From Candidatus Latescibacterota bacterium (GTDB lineage: Bacteria > Latescibacterota > UBA2968): a DNA stretch of 64,000 bases. Position 1 is the stretch's first letter, and every line of letters starts with the position of its first letter. Location of the stretch: assembly GCA_965198115.1 (NCBI GenBank), contig OZ240241.1:5376001-5440000 (forward strand), written 5' to 3'. The translations under genes were made by a program, and so were the position numbers. This document shows, one piece after another, positions 21,609 through 30,817 of the stretch. The notes under the pieces are model-generated. The model did not search any database. It worked only from the letters and a program-made list of their open reading frames with translations, and was not told the origin of the DNA.

Positions 21609-23667
21609 GCACTTTCGTGCGTCAGTGAACCAAACAACCTTGCACAATCACAAGCGAGTGTCATCCCGGTAGTGTTTTGAAGAGCCTGTCCCGAGCGCAG
21701 TCGAGGGAGGATCCATTCTGTCTTTTCGCGTAAGTCAAAATGGGACCCCCCTTCGACAGGCTCAGGACAGGCGGCTAAGAAGCGTACCGGGGTGACATTT
21801 CCTTTCGTGTTTCGTTTATCGGTCAGTTTCTCTTGGTGTCTTGGAGTTTTGGTACCAGTTGGATGTTCAAACCCATCGACAGAGAGAAAGGCTGCCGAGA
21901 GTTTACGTGGATTCACCCGGTAATCCAAGACCATCTCACCCCCCGGATGTAGATGAATCCGCTCGACACAGGCGTGGATGATGGCCTTGCGCATTCGAAA
22001 CTGCTTAAGCTGATCCTCTGAGTAGCTTCTATTCTTTACGAGAAAAGATGGAACCGTATCGTCGACATCGACTAGCGAGAGGATTCCATCGCCCGCAAAC
22101 GTCAGCGCGTGGGCGAGACCATCCTTAAGTGCGTCGGCCCCCTCGCGCGCATCCAGCTTGGCAGTTATCTGATGAATCTCTTGATCCAGGTGCACGCCTT
22201 CTGCTTGGATCCTGTCCACTTGCTTTTGATACCGGCTTCCCGTCAGCGTTCCAGATACGTACGCAAAATCCGCTCGCTCAACATGTCCTGCAAGACCGTC
22301 CCTCTTCTTTTTCAGACTTTCGAGTCGCTGCGCCATCGCTTCTCCGCCTTCTGAATCGAACTGTTCCTGCCAGATCGCCAGGATTTTCTCGGGCTTCATC
22401 AGCATCCGATGCACTTGTGCGGACACTCGCTGATTCACGTCCGATATTTTTTGGCTGGGCGCGCTGCACCTCTTTCCGAACTGATCGAATCTGGCGTTGC
22501 AGTAGAGCCGGCCATCGATCAGGTTCGACCGTTGGCCATACATCCCCCGTCCACCCCCTCGGTATCCTCGGTCCTCTTCGTGACAGACTCCGCAACGAAG
22601 AAGCTTGCCAACAGATACTCGGTCGCGTCGGTGCGGGTGCCTTGCGACTTCTTGCCGTCCTTGGCCGCAGGCTGTGCCTTTTGCCAGGTGGCGTCGTCGA
22701 TGATCCCGGGCACCGAGCAGGAGACCCATTCGGATCTGGGCTTCAGCCGTTGTTTTTTCCGACCCGTCAGCGGGTCCTGCTCATACGCGTATTTGCTGTA
22801 GTTGAAGACTCCCTTGTAGGTCTCCGAAGATAGCACGCCCCGCACGTGCTGCGGTCGCCACGGCACACCTTTATTGGTCAGGGTGCCTTGCGCATCGAGA
22901 GTCAGGGCGATCCGGTAGGTCGCCACACCTCGCAGACACATCTCAAACATACTGCGGACCACCTTGGCCTTCTCATCATCAACGACGAGCCGCGAACGCG
23001 AGCCCTGCTTGCCGCGAGCCGAGTCGCCTGTTAGCTCCAGCCGATAGCCGAAAGGGGTGCAACCGCCCGGCCAGTGACCATGTTCGGCTGCCGCAAGTTT
23101 GCCCTGGATCATCCGTCGGTGGCGCGTGTCAGAATCAGCTTCGACGATCGATAGCCTAATGGACGTCTCCAGCTTCTCCGGATCGAGCCAGCCCTCATTT
23201 ATGGTGTAAATCAGCGCGTCCAATTCCAAAAGGACGGCCGTAAACTCGCCTCTCTGACGGGCCTTCTCGGCACTACCGGCTTTGAGCCTTATCAGACGAT
23301 CAAGGAACGTCGACCGCAGCACCGACAACTTGCCGGCAGTTCGTAACTCCTTCGCCGTCTCCAGCAGAACACGCCCGGCTGGACGTTCCCAAAGCGGATA
23401 CCGTTCTGCCGATACCCCAAGATCGAGCAAGATGGTATGGGAGTCGTCCACGAACACCGTCTCGGCTGACTGCTGTTTGGCAGGCGTCCGCTTCCCGCCG
23501 TCGTAGACGACCAGGGAATCGAACCGGTGCAGGGGCCACTGGTTCTGTTCGGCGTCTTCGTTCAGCGCACGGATGTTGCCAAGATGCGTCTCGGCTGCTC
23601 GCTGCTCGGCGGACGAAGAACGGTGGTAGGATAGGATGACTGCATTCTGTGGCAAGGTAGTCTGCAT
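21551..23667 (-). pseudogene. Large serine recombinase (integrase) with one frameshift near 22608
   Basis: ATG 23667 after GGAGG; YHRSS catalytic motif, DLGVS..ERP, LDRLIR; recombinase domain PFGY..WRPQHV..YKG..PGII; zinc ribbon CGVC...C...C in the shifted frame; coiled coil. Confidence 0.85.
21659..21797. repeat. CGTC-type palindromic repeat with two nested ~25-bp units
   Basis: TGTCATCCCGGTA / TACCGGGGTGACA termini; inserted gagcctgtcccgagcgcagtcgaggg and cccttcgacaggctcaggacaggc. Confidence 0.65.
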
Positions 23668-24121
23668 TCGGGCCTCCATCGGTATCAGGGGGTTATCACT
23701 TTCGGCTGTAGCCAATTTGACTGATTCTTCGACGTCTGTCTCGTGATTTCCTGGTGCATCCACAGGATTCCGGGCACAAACAGGTTCCTGTGCTGAATGG
23801 GGGCACTGTTGCCGAGCAGGTGTGGCTTACGACCACGGTAACGGCTATTAGTCCCCCGATCTTGACCCCGTCCGCCAACGAATGCATTACCTATTGATCG
23901 AGCGACATTCGCCATTATGAAGTGGCCTTGGCCTTCCTCACAGGGAGCGGTGTTCAGACGGTCCTCGACCTCTTCTTCAGTCAGAACGTGACAGCTTTCC
24001 AGAGCGTGTAGGGGATGCAACACCGTGCGGGCTGTCGTAAGCGACCGTTCACATTTGTGAATCTTCTTGGGTTCAGGTGCCAAAACGGCGCTTAGGCTGT
24101 GGGTATTCGGCTCAGGTGTCA

Positions 24122-24858
24122 CTACGTGGCTCCGATGTCGCTCCGGACCAGGACTCGGCGGACTCTCCCCCTCGAACGTGTGCCATGCTTTGGGCGTGAA
24201 ACCAGTCTCGTCCTCACATCCTTCAGTGGCTTCGAGCGCGCCCGAATAACTCTCCTCGTCCTGGCGACTGGTGGTCTCGCGTGAAGGTCGGCTGATGAAC
24301 GCTCATTGGTGCCGCGCTGCCGACGGAGAGCGCCGTACGACTCAATCCGCCGAATCCCTCGCAGTTCCCCCCAGACTTTCACTCGCAACCGTGGTCTCAT
24401 CCTGTCGAACGAGGTGACGTACGATAGGCGCTCCGCCAGTTTTTTCGGCCCGCCGATGCTCCGAACGTCAACGATGCTGCTGTTGGTCGTGAGTTTCGTC
24501 CATAGTTCGCAAAGTTCTCGTTGATCTATCCACGGGCCATAGTGCAAAACGTGCACGTGGATGTTTCCAGACTTAGGGCCTGCTTGAAGCACAGCAAACG
24601 CAGCAGCGTGGGCCCCTCGCAATCTTCGACGCCAGAGTAACGACATCCCCCTCCTACCAATCTCCGCTGCATGTCGGAACTTCCCTTCTGTGCGTACGGT
24701 CAGCGTGATGTGTCTCCACGTATGATTCGACTCGATGTTGATGACGTCACGCGCTTGGTCGAGGCAAGCGATGATGTCGGTGACCTTCAGTCCGCGGCGA
24801 TTCACAAGCTTCTTCGCCAATCGGAGATGGTGAACCACCTCATGAACCCGAATGAGCT
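24122..24858 (-). pseudogene. HUH-superfamily rolling-circle replication initiator (Rep), 5'-truncated by IS256-family insertion
   Basis: Motif 1 HITLTV, motif 2 HVHVL, W..Q..L...W...IVDVR, motif 3-like LSYVT; frame stays open upstream into the IS end at 24859. Confidence 0.72.
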
Positions 24859-25467
24859 GGCAATGTCTTTTTCGCTGTTGAAATTGGACAGCGGCATGTG
24901 ATGGTTTCAGGCGGCTGCAGCGCGTCCTTCAACGTTCCCGTCGAGGGCGGCATCGTGCGTCTGAAGGGCGACCACAAGCTTGGTCATCTGGCGGTAGCCC
25001 TTGAGTCGCCGGAAGCCCCGTTCGGCTTCCAAGGCACCGGCGGCGCTCCAGCGCAGGATCATGCGGCCGCTCTTCCATCGCTTGACGCGGCCTGAGAGTT
25101 GGCGCAACTGTCCGATCAGGTTTTCGATGACGTTCGTGCTCGAAAGGGTGCGCTCCAGGGAAGATCCACCGAGGCCCAGGCGTTTGTACCGTCAGCAGAT
25201 CCTCGAGCCCTTCGCGGAGCGAGGCGGCCGCGCCGGGGTGCTGCTCGTCCAGGCTCCTCGCCAGATTCGTGAGCATACGTTCAGCCAGTTCGGGATCTTC
25301 GGCTCTGAACGCGTCTTTCAGAGCGCACTTCACCGACCCTCGCTTGCCCTCCGGCAGCGCGTCCAACACGTTCCGCTTCTTGTGCTCCTGGCATCGCTGG
25401 ATGAGCGCGCGTCTTCCGAGGACTGACCGCACAGCCCTGTAAAGGGCCTTGCCGCCGTCGATCACAA
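24859..25467 (-). mobile_element. Remnant of a second IS256-family element (3' part of transposase plus right end)
   Basis: IDGGKAL, QRCQEHKKRN, TNVIEN motifs with a frameshift near 25180; right end TTTCAACAGCGAAAAAGACATTGCC. Confidence 0.8.
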
Positions 25468-26677
25468 TGTCGTCCGAATGATCTGCTGTGCGAGGCTTGC
25501 CGTTCTGCCTTACTACTCGAAGATCTACTGCACCGTCCTCCGGAGCACTTATCTCTGAAGGTTGTTACTGAATTCGGGGAGCCCCTTTGCTACGGCGCCG
25601 TCTCTAGCCTGAATCATGCATGAATTTGAGTTTAGGTTGTTTTGGAGTGATGTGATCACGCACAGGATTTGTTCTCGGCTTCTTCGGATGTCCAAGGTCC
25701 CGTAAGCGGTCTCTACGAGTCGCAAGAGTCACGATTTTCGTCCGGAACAGGTGTTGTTTTGCGACGTGTACATAGCTGTCCCCGGTATAGATCGGCGTTG
25801 TTACTGCGTGTTCGTTTCGAGCCTGGTGATGATTGACACCAAGACGTTTTTGAGTGGATACGATGTTGGAAAATGGAATCGGATTCTTCGTGCGCTTTCA
25901 ATGACTCTCGCGCCGATTTTGAGGAAACGGTTCTGTATCGTGTTGACCTGAGGTTTGGTCCACGCGGTGCCCTTGAGTCCCTGTGATCGGAGTGCGTGAA
26001 GCAAGGCGTATGCAGCACTGTGTAGAAAGAGTCGGAACTGGTTGGCTTCAAACTTGTGGCACGATGTTCGATCGGAGTGAAGGAATGTTTTGTGGTCCTT
26101 GATGAAGCCTTCCGTGCGTCCCCTTGCGCAGTAGATACGATCATAGATAAAGCCGTCTCGATTACTCTGTAAATTGGTCACGCGGTATCTTGGATTTGCT
26201 TCGCCGTTTGTGACTTCAGCCTTGTGAATGATCCGGCGAGGCTGCCGGTAGGTGCCAGCCTGATATGAGAAGGATGAGAACAAGCGAATCGTCTCCTTAT
26301 GCTCGCTCAGACGTAGCGCTTGGTCCATCAGGTTTTGTCCAGCCGCTTTGAGCTTGGAGTTGGCGCCCTGGCCCAGAACGTAGTAGATACCGTTGTCTTC
26401 GCAGAAATCGTGCATCTCTGGTGAGCTGAACTTTGAGTCTGCGCGAACGATGATCTCCACGTTTGGCCAAGATCCGCGTAGGTGTTCCACCAAGCGCTTG
26501 AGAATAGAAACGACCTGTTTACCGTTCGTCGGATGCCCGGGTCTCAAGATCGTCGTAATGAGCTTGCCGCTTTGGCCTTCATAGATATGTAGCGGCATAT
26601 AGCAGTGTTCATTGTAATACGCGTTGAAGAGTGAAAATTGTTGCGCACCGTGCGTTGGGTCATCCGTGTCGTCGATA

Positions 26678-28051
26678 GAGTTCAGGTCAATAGGTGTGTA
26701 AAAGAAATCAGGCGGCCATCTTCCCGGCTTCGACCTGCGGTCCGGTTGAGTGTTTCTGATCGTAGACTTGTTGTAGCAAGTGTGGCGCGGTGAGTTTCCT
26801 GAATCGGCTCTCTGCGACCTTGAGCGTACGCCAGATGAGAGTCGTGGCGTTCCTGACTTTCTTGAATCGCCTGGCGGCGTTTGTGCGAAGCCGAACGGAA
26901 GCAAAGGGGCTCTCGACGACGTTCGTGGTTCTCAGGTGTTTCCAGTGTTCCTTCGGGAAGTCGTAGAACGTGACCATCCGATCCCAGTCTCTTTCGAGCG
27001 TCTCCACGGCGGCAGGGAACTGTGAGCGATACCGTGCGGCAAAGCGTTTCCGGAGCTTCTCGGCCTCCTTTTTCGTGCCGGCATAGGGGATCTGGACGAG
27101 CAGTGCGCGGGCTTCAGCCTGTGCACGCTTGGCGACCTTGTCGAGCACGTTGAGGATCTTGTGGTTCCAGCACCGTTGTTGCCGGCTCTCTGGCCAGACC
27201 TGATCAACGGCCGCCCAGATGCCCATATTCCCGTCCGCGGCGATCAGGACAGGATGTTCGAGCCCGCGATCCCGGAGATCCCGGAGCACCGTGAGCCAGG
27301 ATTCTGTAGACTCTCGATAACCGGGTTCTATCGCCAGGATCTCCTTGCTGCCGTCGCTCATCGCGCCGATCACGACCAGCAGACACGCCTTCTCGCGCTC
27401 GAGCCCGGCTTTGACGTAGATGCCATCAGCCCAGGCGTAGACCAGTTCGCGATTATCCAGACGCCTTTCTTTCCAGTCCTGGAAGTCGACCTCCCACTTC
27501 CCTCGAAGACGAGCGATCGAGGTCGGCGAAAGCGGCGCGCCATCACCGAGCAGCGCACGCAAAGACAACTCGAAGTCGCCCTGGGAGAGACCGTGGAGAT
27601 AAAGGTCGGGAAGCAGATCTCCAATGGCCCTGGTTCTCCGGGCGAACAGGGGGAGGATGCGGCTTTCAAACCGCTCTTCCAGACCACGAACCCGGGGACG
27701 CCGGACCTTGATCGTTCCGCAGCTCGTCGAGAGACGCCGGGGCTTGCCGTAGCCGTTCCTGTAGCCCCTGGAGCTATCGACCTCGGCTCGGCGCTCATAC
27801 CACGACCGGCCCAAGAACGCGGTCGCCTCCTCCTCCAGAATGGACTGGAACCGGCCCTGGATCTCTTCACGGATCCAATCGTCAACCGTCTCCCACGTCG
27901 GCATGGACTTCAATGGGGCTCTATGCGTATGTTCCTTCACGGCGATCCTCCTTCCCAACCGGGCCTCTCACCCGGTTTTGTGTGAATCAACTATCTCACG
28001 GGAAGGGTAGGGTCGCCCTTTCTCTTTTTCCACACCTTTTGATTATAGCTC
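26678..28051 (-). mobile_element. IS256-family element, copy 2 (1374 bp)
   Basis: Same IRs as copy 1; 8-bp DR CGTCGATA. Confidence 0.93.
26708..27958 (-). CDS. IS256-family transposase
   Basis: One residue differs from copy 1. Confidence 0.93.
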   Translation of the reverse strand: MGRRIAVKEHTHRAPLKSMPTWETVDDWIREEIQGRFQSILEEEATAFLGRSWYERRAEVDSSRGYRNGYGKPRRLSTSCGTIKVRRPRVRGLEERFESRILPLFARRTRAIGDLLPDLYLHGLSQGDFELSLRALLGDGAPLSPTSIARLRGKWEVDFQDWKERRLDNRELVYAWADGIYVKAGLEREKACLLVVIGAMSDGSKEILAIEPGYRESTESWLTVLRDLRDRGLEHPVLIAADGNMGIWAAVDQVWPESRQQRCWNHKILNVLDKVAKRAQAEARALLVQIPYAGTKKEAEKLRKRFAARYRSQFPAAVETLERDWDRMVTFYDFPKEHWKHLRTTNVVESPFASVRLRTNAARRFKKVRNATTLIWRTLKVAESRFRKLTAPHLLQQVYDQKHSTGPQVEAGKMAA

Positions 28052-28606
28052 CGTCGATATCGAGAATGATGCTTGGGGGTGCCTGGTCATACGATGCGAT
28101 GAACCCGTCTACAAAAGCCCGTGCGAGCCGATACAAATCCGAGCGTCGCACATCATTCTCAAGTCGTGTCATCGTTGATTGGCTCCCGAGATCAGGACCG
28201 GAAAGAGGAAGCCGATCGCAGGCAGCCTTGACGCCCGGATCGTGGCGCAAATCATCACAATCGACGGCATCTTCATAGCCGCAAGCGATCTGAAAAACAC
28301 GCCGCTTCACAAGATCCAAAAGCGTGTGATCGATATAGCTTGGGTGACGACGATCTCGCAAAGCATCTACCATTCTGGCGATCAATCCCATCTGAGACTC
28401 AAGGGCGCGAAGCAACAGAACTCCACCGTCACTCCTGACGGCGCCACCGGCAAAATCAGCCTCAACTACCTTGCCCGAAATGCTTGCGAATGGTAACCGG
28501 ATCTGACTAGGTTCTATCACGGTAGTTCCTTCCAAGTGTTGTTTTGATGTGTCAGCCCTAATGTAGGGAAAAACAAACACTTGTACAAGGAGACTACCTT
28601 TTTTAT

Positions 28607-30026
28607 GGCTCTATCCGGGTTTCTCAACGGTGAAACTATAGAATGACAAGGTCATAGATCGTTCCCTACGCTTGGTTGTGTGTGTAGGACAATCAAAGCG
28701 AAGGGGGTGCGACCTATGACCGGGAGCAGATTACTATCGAAACTGCTGAGATTCAAGGGGTTCCGTGTTGTCAGCTGGTGGTTTGAGGGGAGAAGCTGTT
28801 TCGTCATCGCCGTAAAGCCACATAAGAATGGTTGTTGTTGTCCGGAGTGCGGCCGTCGAGGTAAAATCGTCCGCACAATGCCCCATCCGCGTCGGTGGCG
28901 TGACATTCCGGTGTGCGGGTGGAGGGTCTGGCTTCTCTACCATCCTCGGGAGATTCGGTGTCCTACCCACGGTCGTGTGGTCGAGGAGATTCCGTGGGCG
29001 GAGCGGTTCTCTCGGGTGACGTATCGCTTCGAGTATGCCATGCTGCGCTACTGCCAGACCATGACGCAGAAGGCGGCGTCCGAGTTACTGCGCATCTCTG
29101 CCTCGACGCTGTCGGATCTCCTTCACCGATCCATCACGCGGCTTCGTGAAGGTCATCGTATCCGAGGGCTCAAAACCATCGGGATCGACGAGATCTCCTA
29201 CGCCAAGCGTCACAGGTACGCCACGCTCGTTTACGATCTGGACCGCTCCTGCGTGGTGTGGGTTGGCCGCGGCAGGGCGCGTAAAACGATCGATCGGTTC
29301 TTCACAGAGGCTCTCAGTCCCTACCAGAGATCCAAGATCGAGTGGGCCTGCTGCGACATGAGCGAAGCTTACATCGGAGCCATCCAGGAACACTGTCCGA
29401 ATGCCAAGCTGGTCCTCGATCGCTTTCACATCGTCAAGGCTCTCAATGCCGCCGTTGACGAGGTCCGTAAGGACCAGTGGCGTAAAGCTGCCCCGGATGA
29501 GCGCAAAGCCATGAAGGGCCTCCGATGGCTCCTCTACCGGCACTCAGCGACACGCTCCAGAGGGGATACTCGGACACTCAAAGCACTGGAGAAGGCGAAC
29601 TACCGAATCTATAGAGCCTGGAGACTCAAGGACGAGTTCGAGCAGTTCTGGGAATACAAAGCGCCCTGGGCTGCCGAACGCTTCCTGAAATGCTGGACGA
29701 CGTCCGCACTCAGAAGTCGACTTGAACCCCTGCGAAAGTTCGTCAGGACCCTGCGACAGCACTTCTTCGGCGTCCTCGCATTCGTGAACACGCGTCTTAC
29801 CAACGCCATCGCCGAAGGCCTCAACCGAATCGTCCAAATCGTCAAGAACCGAGCCAGCGGATTCCGCACACTCGACGCATTCAACGATATGATCTTCCTT
29901 ACCGTCGGAGACATAAACATCCCTGAGCAGATTCCGAAGAGGTTCCGCACACTCTAACCGCGCCCCCATGCCAGGAACCACGGCACCTTCACCCACTTCA
30001 TCTCGTTGAGAGATCCGGATATAGCC
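28607..30026 (+). mobile_element. ISL3 element, copy C (1420 bp), inserted at the left IR of IS1380
   Basis: DR TTTTTTAT at 28599-28606 and 30027-30034. Confidence 0.95.
28680..29957 (+). CDS. ISL3-family transposase
   Basis: Near-identical to other copies; likely ATG at 28716. Confidence 0.95.
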   Translation: MCRTIKAKGVRPMTGSRLLSKLLRFKGFRVVSWWFEGRSCFVIAVKPHKNGCCCPECGRRGKIVRTMPHPRRWRDIPVCGWRVWLLYHPREIRCPTHGRVVEEIPWAERFSRVTYRFEYAMLRYCQTMTQKAASELLRISASTLSDLLHRSITRLREGHRIRGLKTIGIDEISYAKRHRYATLVYDLDRSCVVWVGRGRARKTIDRFFTEALSPYQRSKIEWACCDMSEAYIGAIQEHCPNAKLVLDRFHIVKALNAAVDEVRKDQWRKAAPDERKAMKGLRWLLYRHSATRSRGDTRTLKALEKANYRIYRAWRLKDEFEQFWEYKAPWAAERFLKCWTTSALRSRLEPLRKFVRTLRQHFFGVLAFVNTRLTNAIAEGLNRIVQIVKNRASGFRTLDAFNDMIFLTVGDINIPEQIPKRFRTL

Positions 30027-30138
30027 TTTTTTATGCATAATTCAGGCTATCTGGCTCAAGCTGGGAAACTAGCAACCACTCAATGCCTTGCCCCTCGAAG
30101 CACTAGCTTTCAGCCCCCCTCGGTTAGCAGCTGTCACC

Positions 30139-30492
30139 TCGCCCTCGTGCGAAGCACGAGGGCGAGCGTAGGGTATTCCTATTAAAAGCAATGTGCGGCG
30201 CTCGTCCCGGAGCTTGTCCTGAGCCCCTCGACGGAGCCTGTGCCGAGCGGAGTCGAGGTGCTCGGGATAAACTCTGTCGAAGGGCTGTGCACAGGGACAC
30301 ATAACGAGCCAAACCTAATGGTAGTGGTGCTCTGTACGGGGGCGCTTGAATCGCGACGATCGTGGCCTACCTGGGATTGCTCTTCCTGAACACTGAACAC
30401 CGAACACTGGGCTGCCGCCGAGTATGGGCGGAGGAGACGGGCAGTCGGGGTGCTCGCCTCCCCCTGTAGGGCGACAGGTCGGGGCTGTCGCC
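30139..30492. repeat. REP-rich intergenic tract: hairpin REPs, nested units, CTGAACA heptamers, GTAG REP
   Basis: ctcgccctcgtgcgaagcacgagggcgag; nested units 30201-30298; ctgaacactgaacaccgaacactg; gtagggcgacagg...ctgtcgcc. Confidence 0.65.
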
Positions 30493-30817
30493 GGTTTCCA
30501 TTTTCTGTCCTTCTATATTTGCAACCGTTGTGCCACCCACGCACCCTGCCGAACGATTCATCCTAAGTGACAGTTTCATAGGAGGTTCCGCTTTCGCCCC
30601 GGTTTTTCCTCCTGGAACGCCGCACCTGCTCCCCCACGATCGGTGGCCGGAATCAGCCTGCCACCTGGCCCATATCAGCCCGCGAAGGGGCAGGTGGAAC
30701 GGGCCGCCCGGCTCTCAACGATGACGTTTGCTCAGTGGCCCTGAAGAATGGATCTTGTGACGCGAAGATCCCGCTCTCGAAGAGAGCCTTCGGTCAGTGC
30801 CCCGACGGAGATTTCAT

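Larger units (their letters stand above)
25608..30046 (-). mobile_element. IS1380 element, copy 2 (1629 bp net), interrupted by IS256 and ISL3
   Basis: Reverse complement of copy 1 with the same IRs; transposase remnants at 25801-26677 and 28052-28520. Confidence 0.92.

Noticed and set aside
22600-22615. Programmed frameshift in the serine recombinase
   Set aside because: No slippery heptamer; looks like one lost G in a short run (mutation or read error)
23685-24122. 145-aa ORF between Rep and recombinase
   Set aside because: No recognisable motif or RBS; could be non-coding origin DNA, and no nick site could be identified
30540-30790. GC-rich stems upstream of the PQQ-propeller gene as a riboswitch or small gene
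   Set aside because: No known aptamer consensus, terminator or convincing ORF
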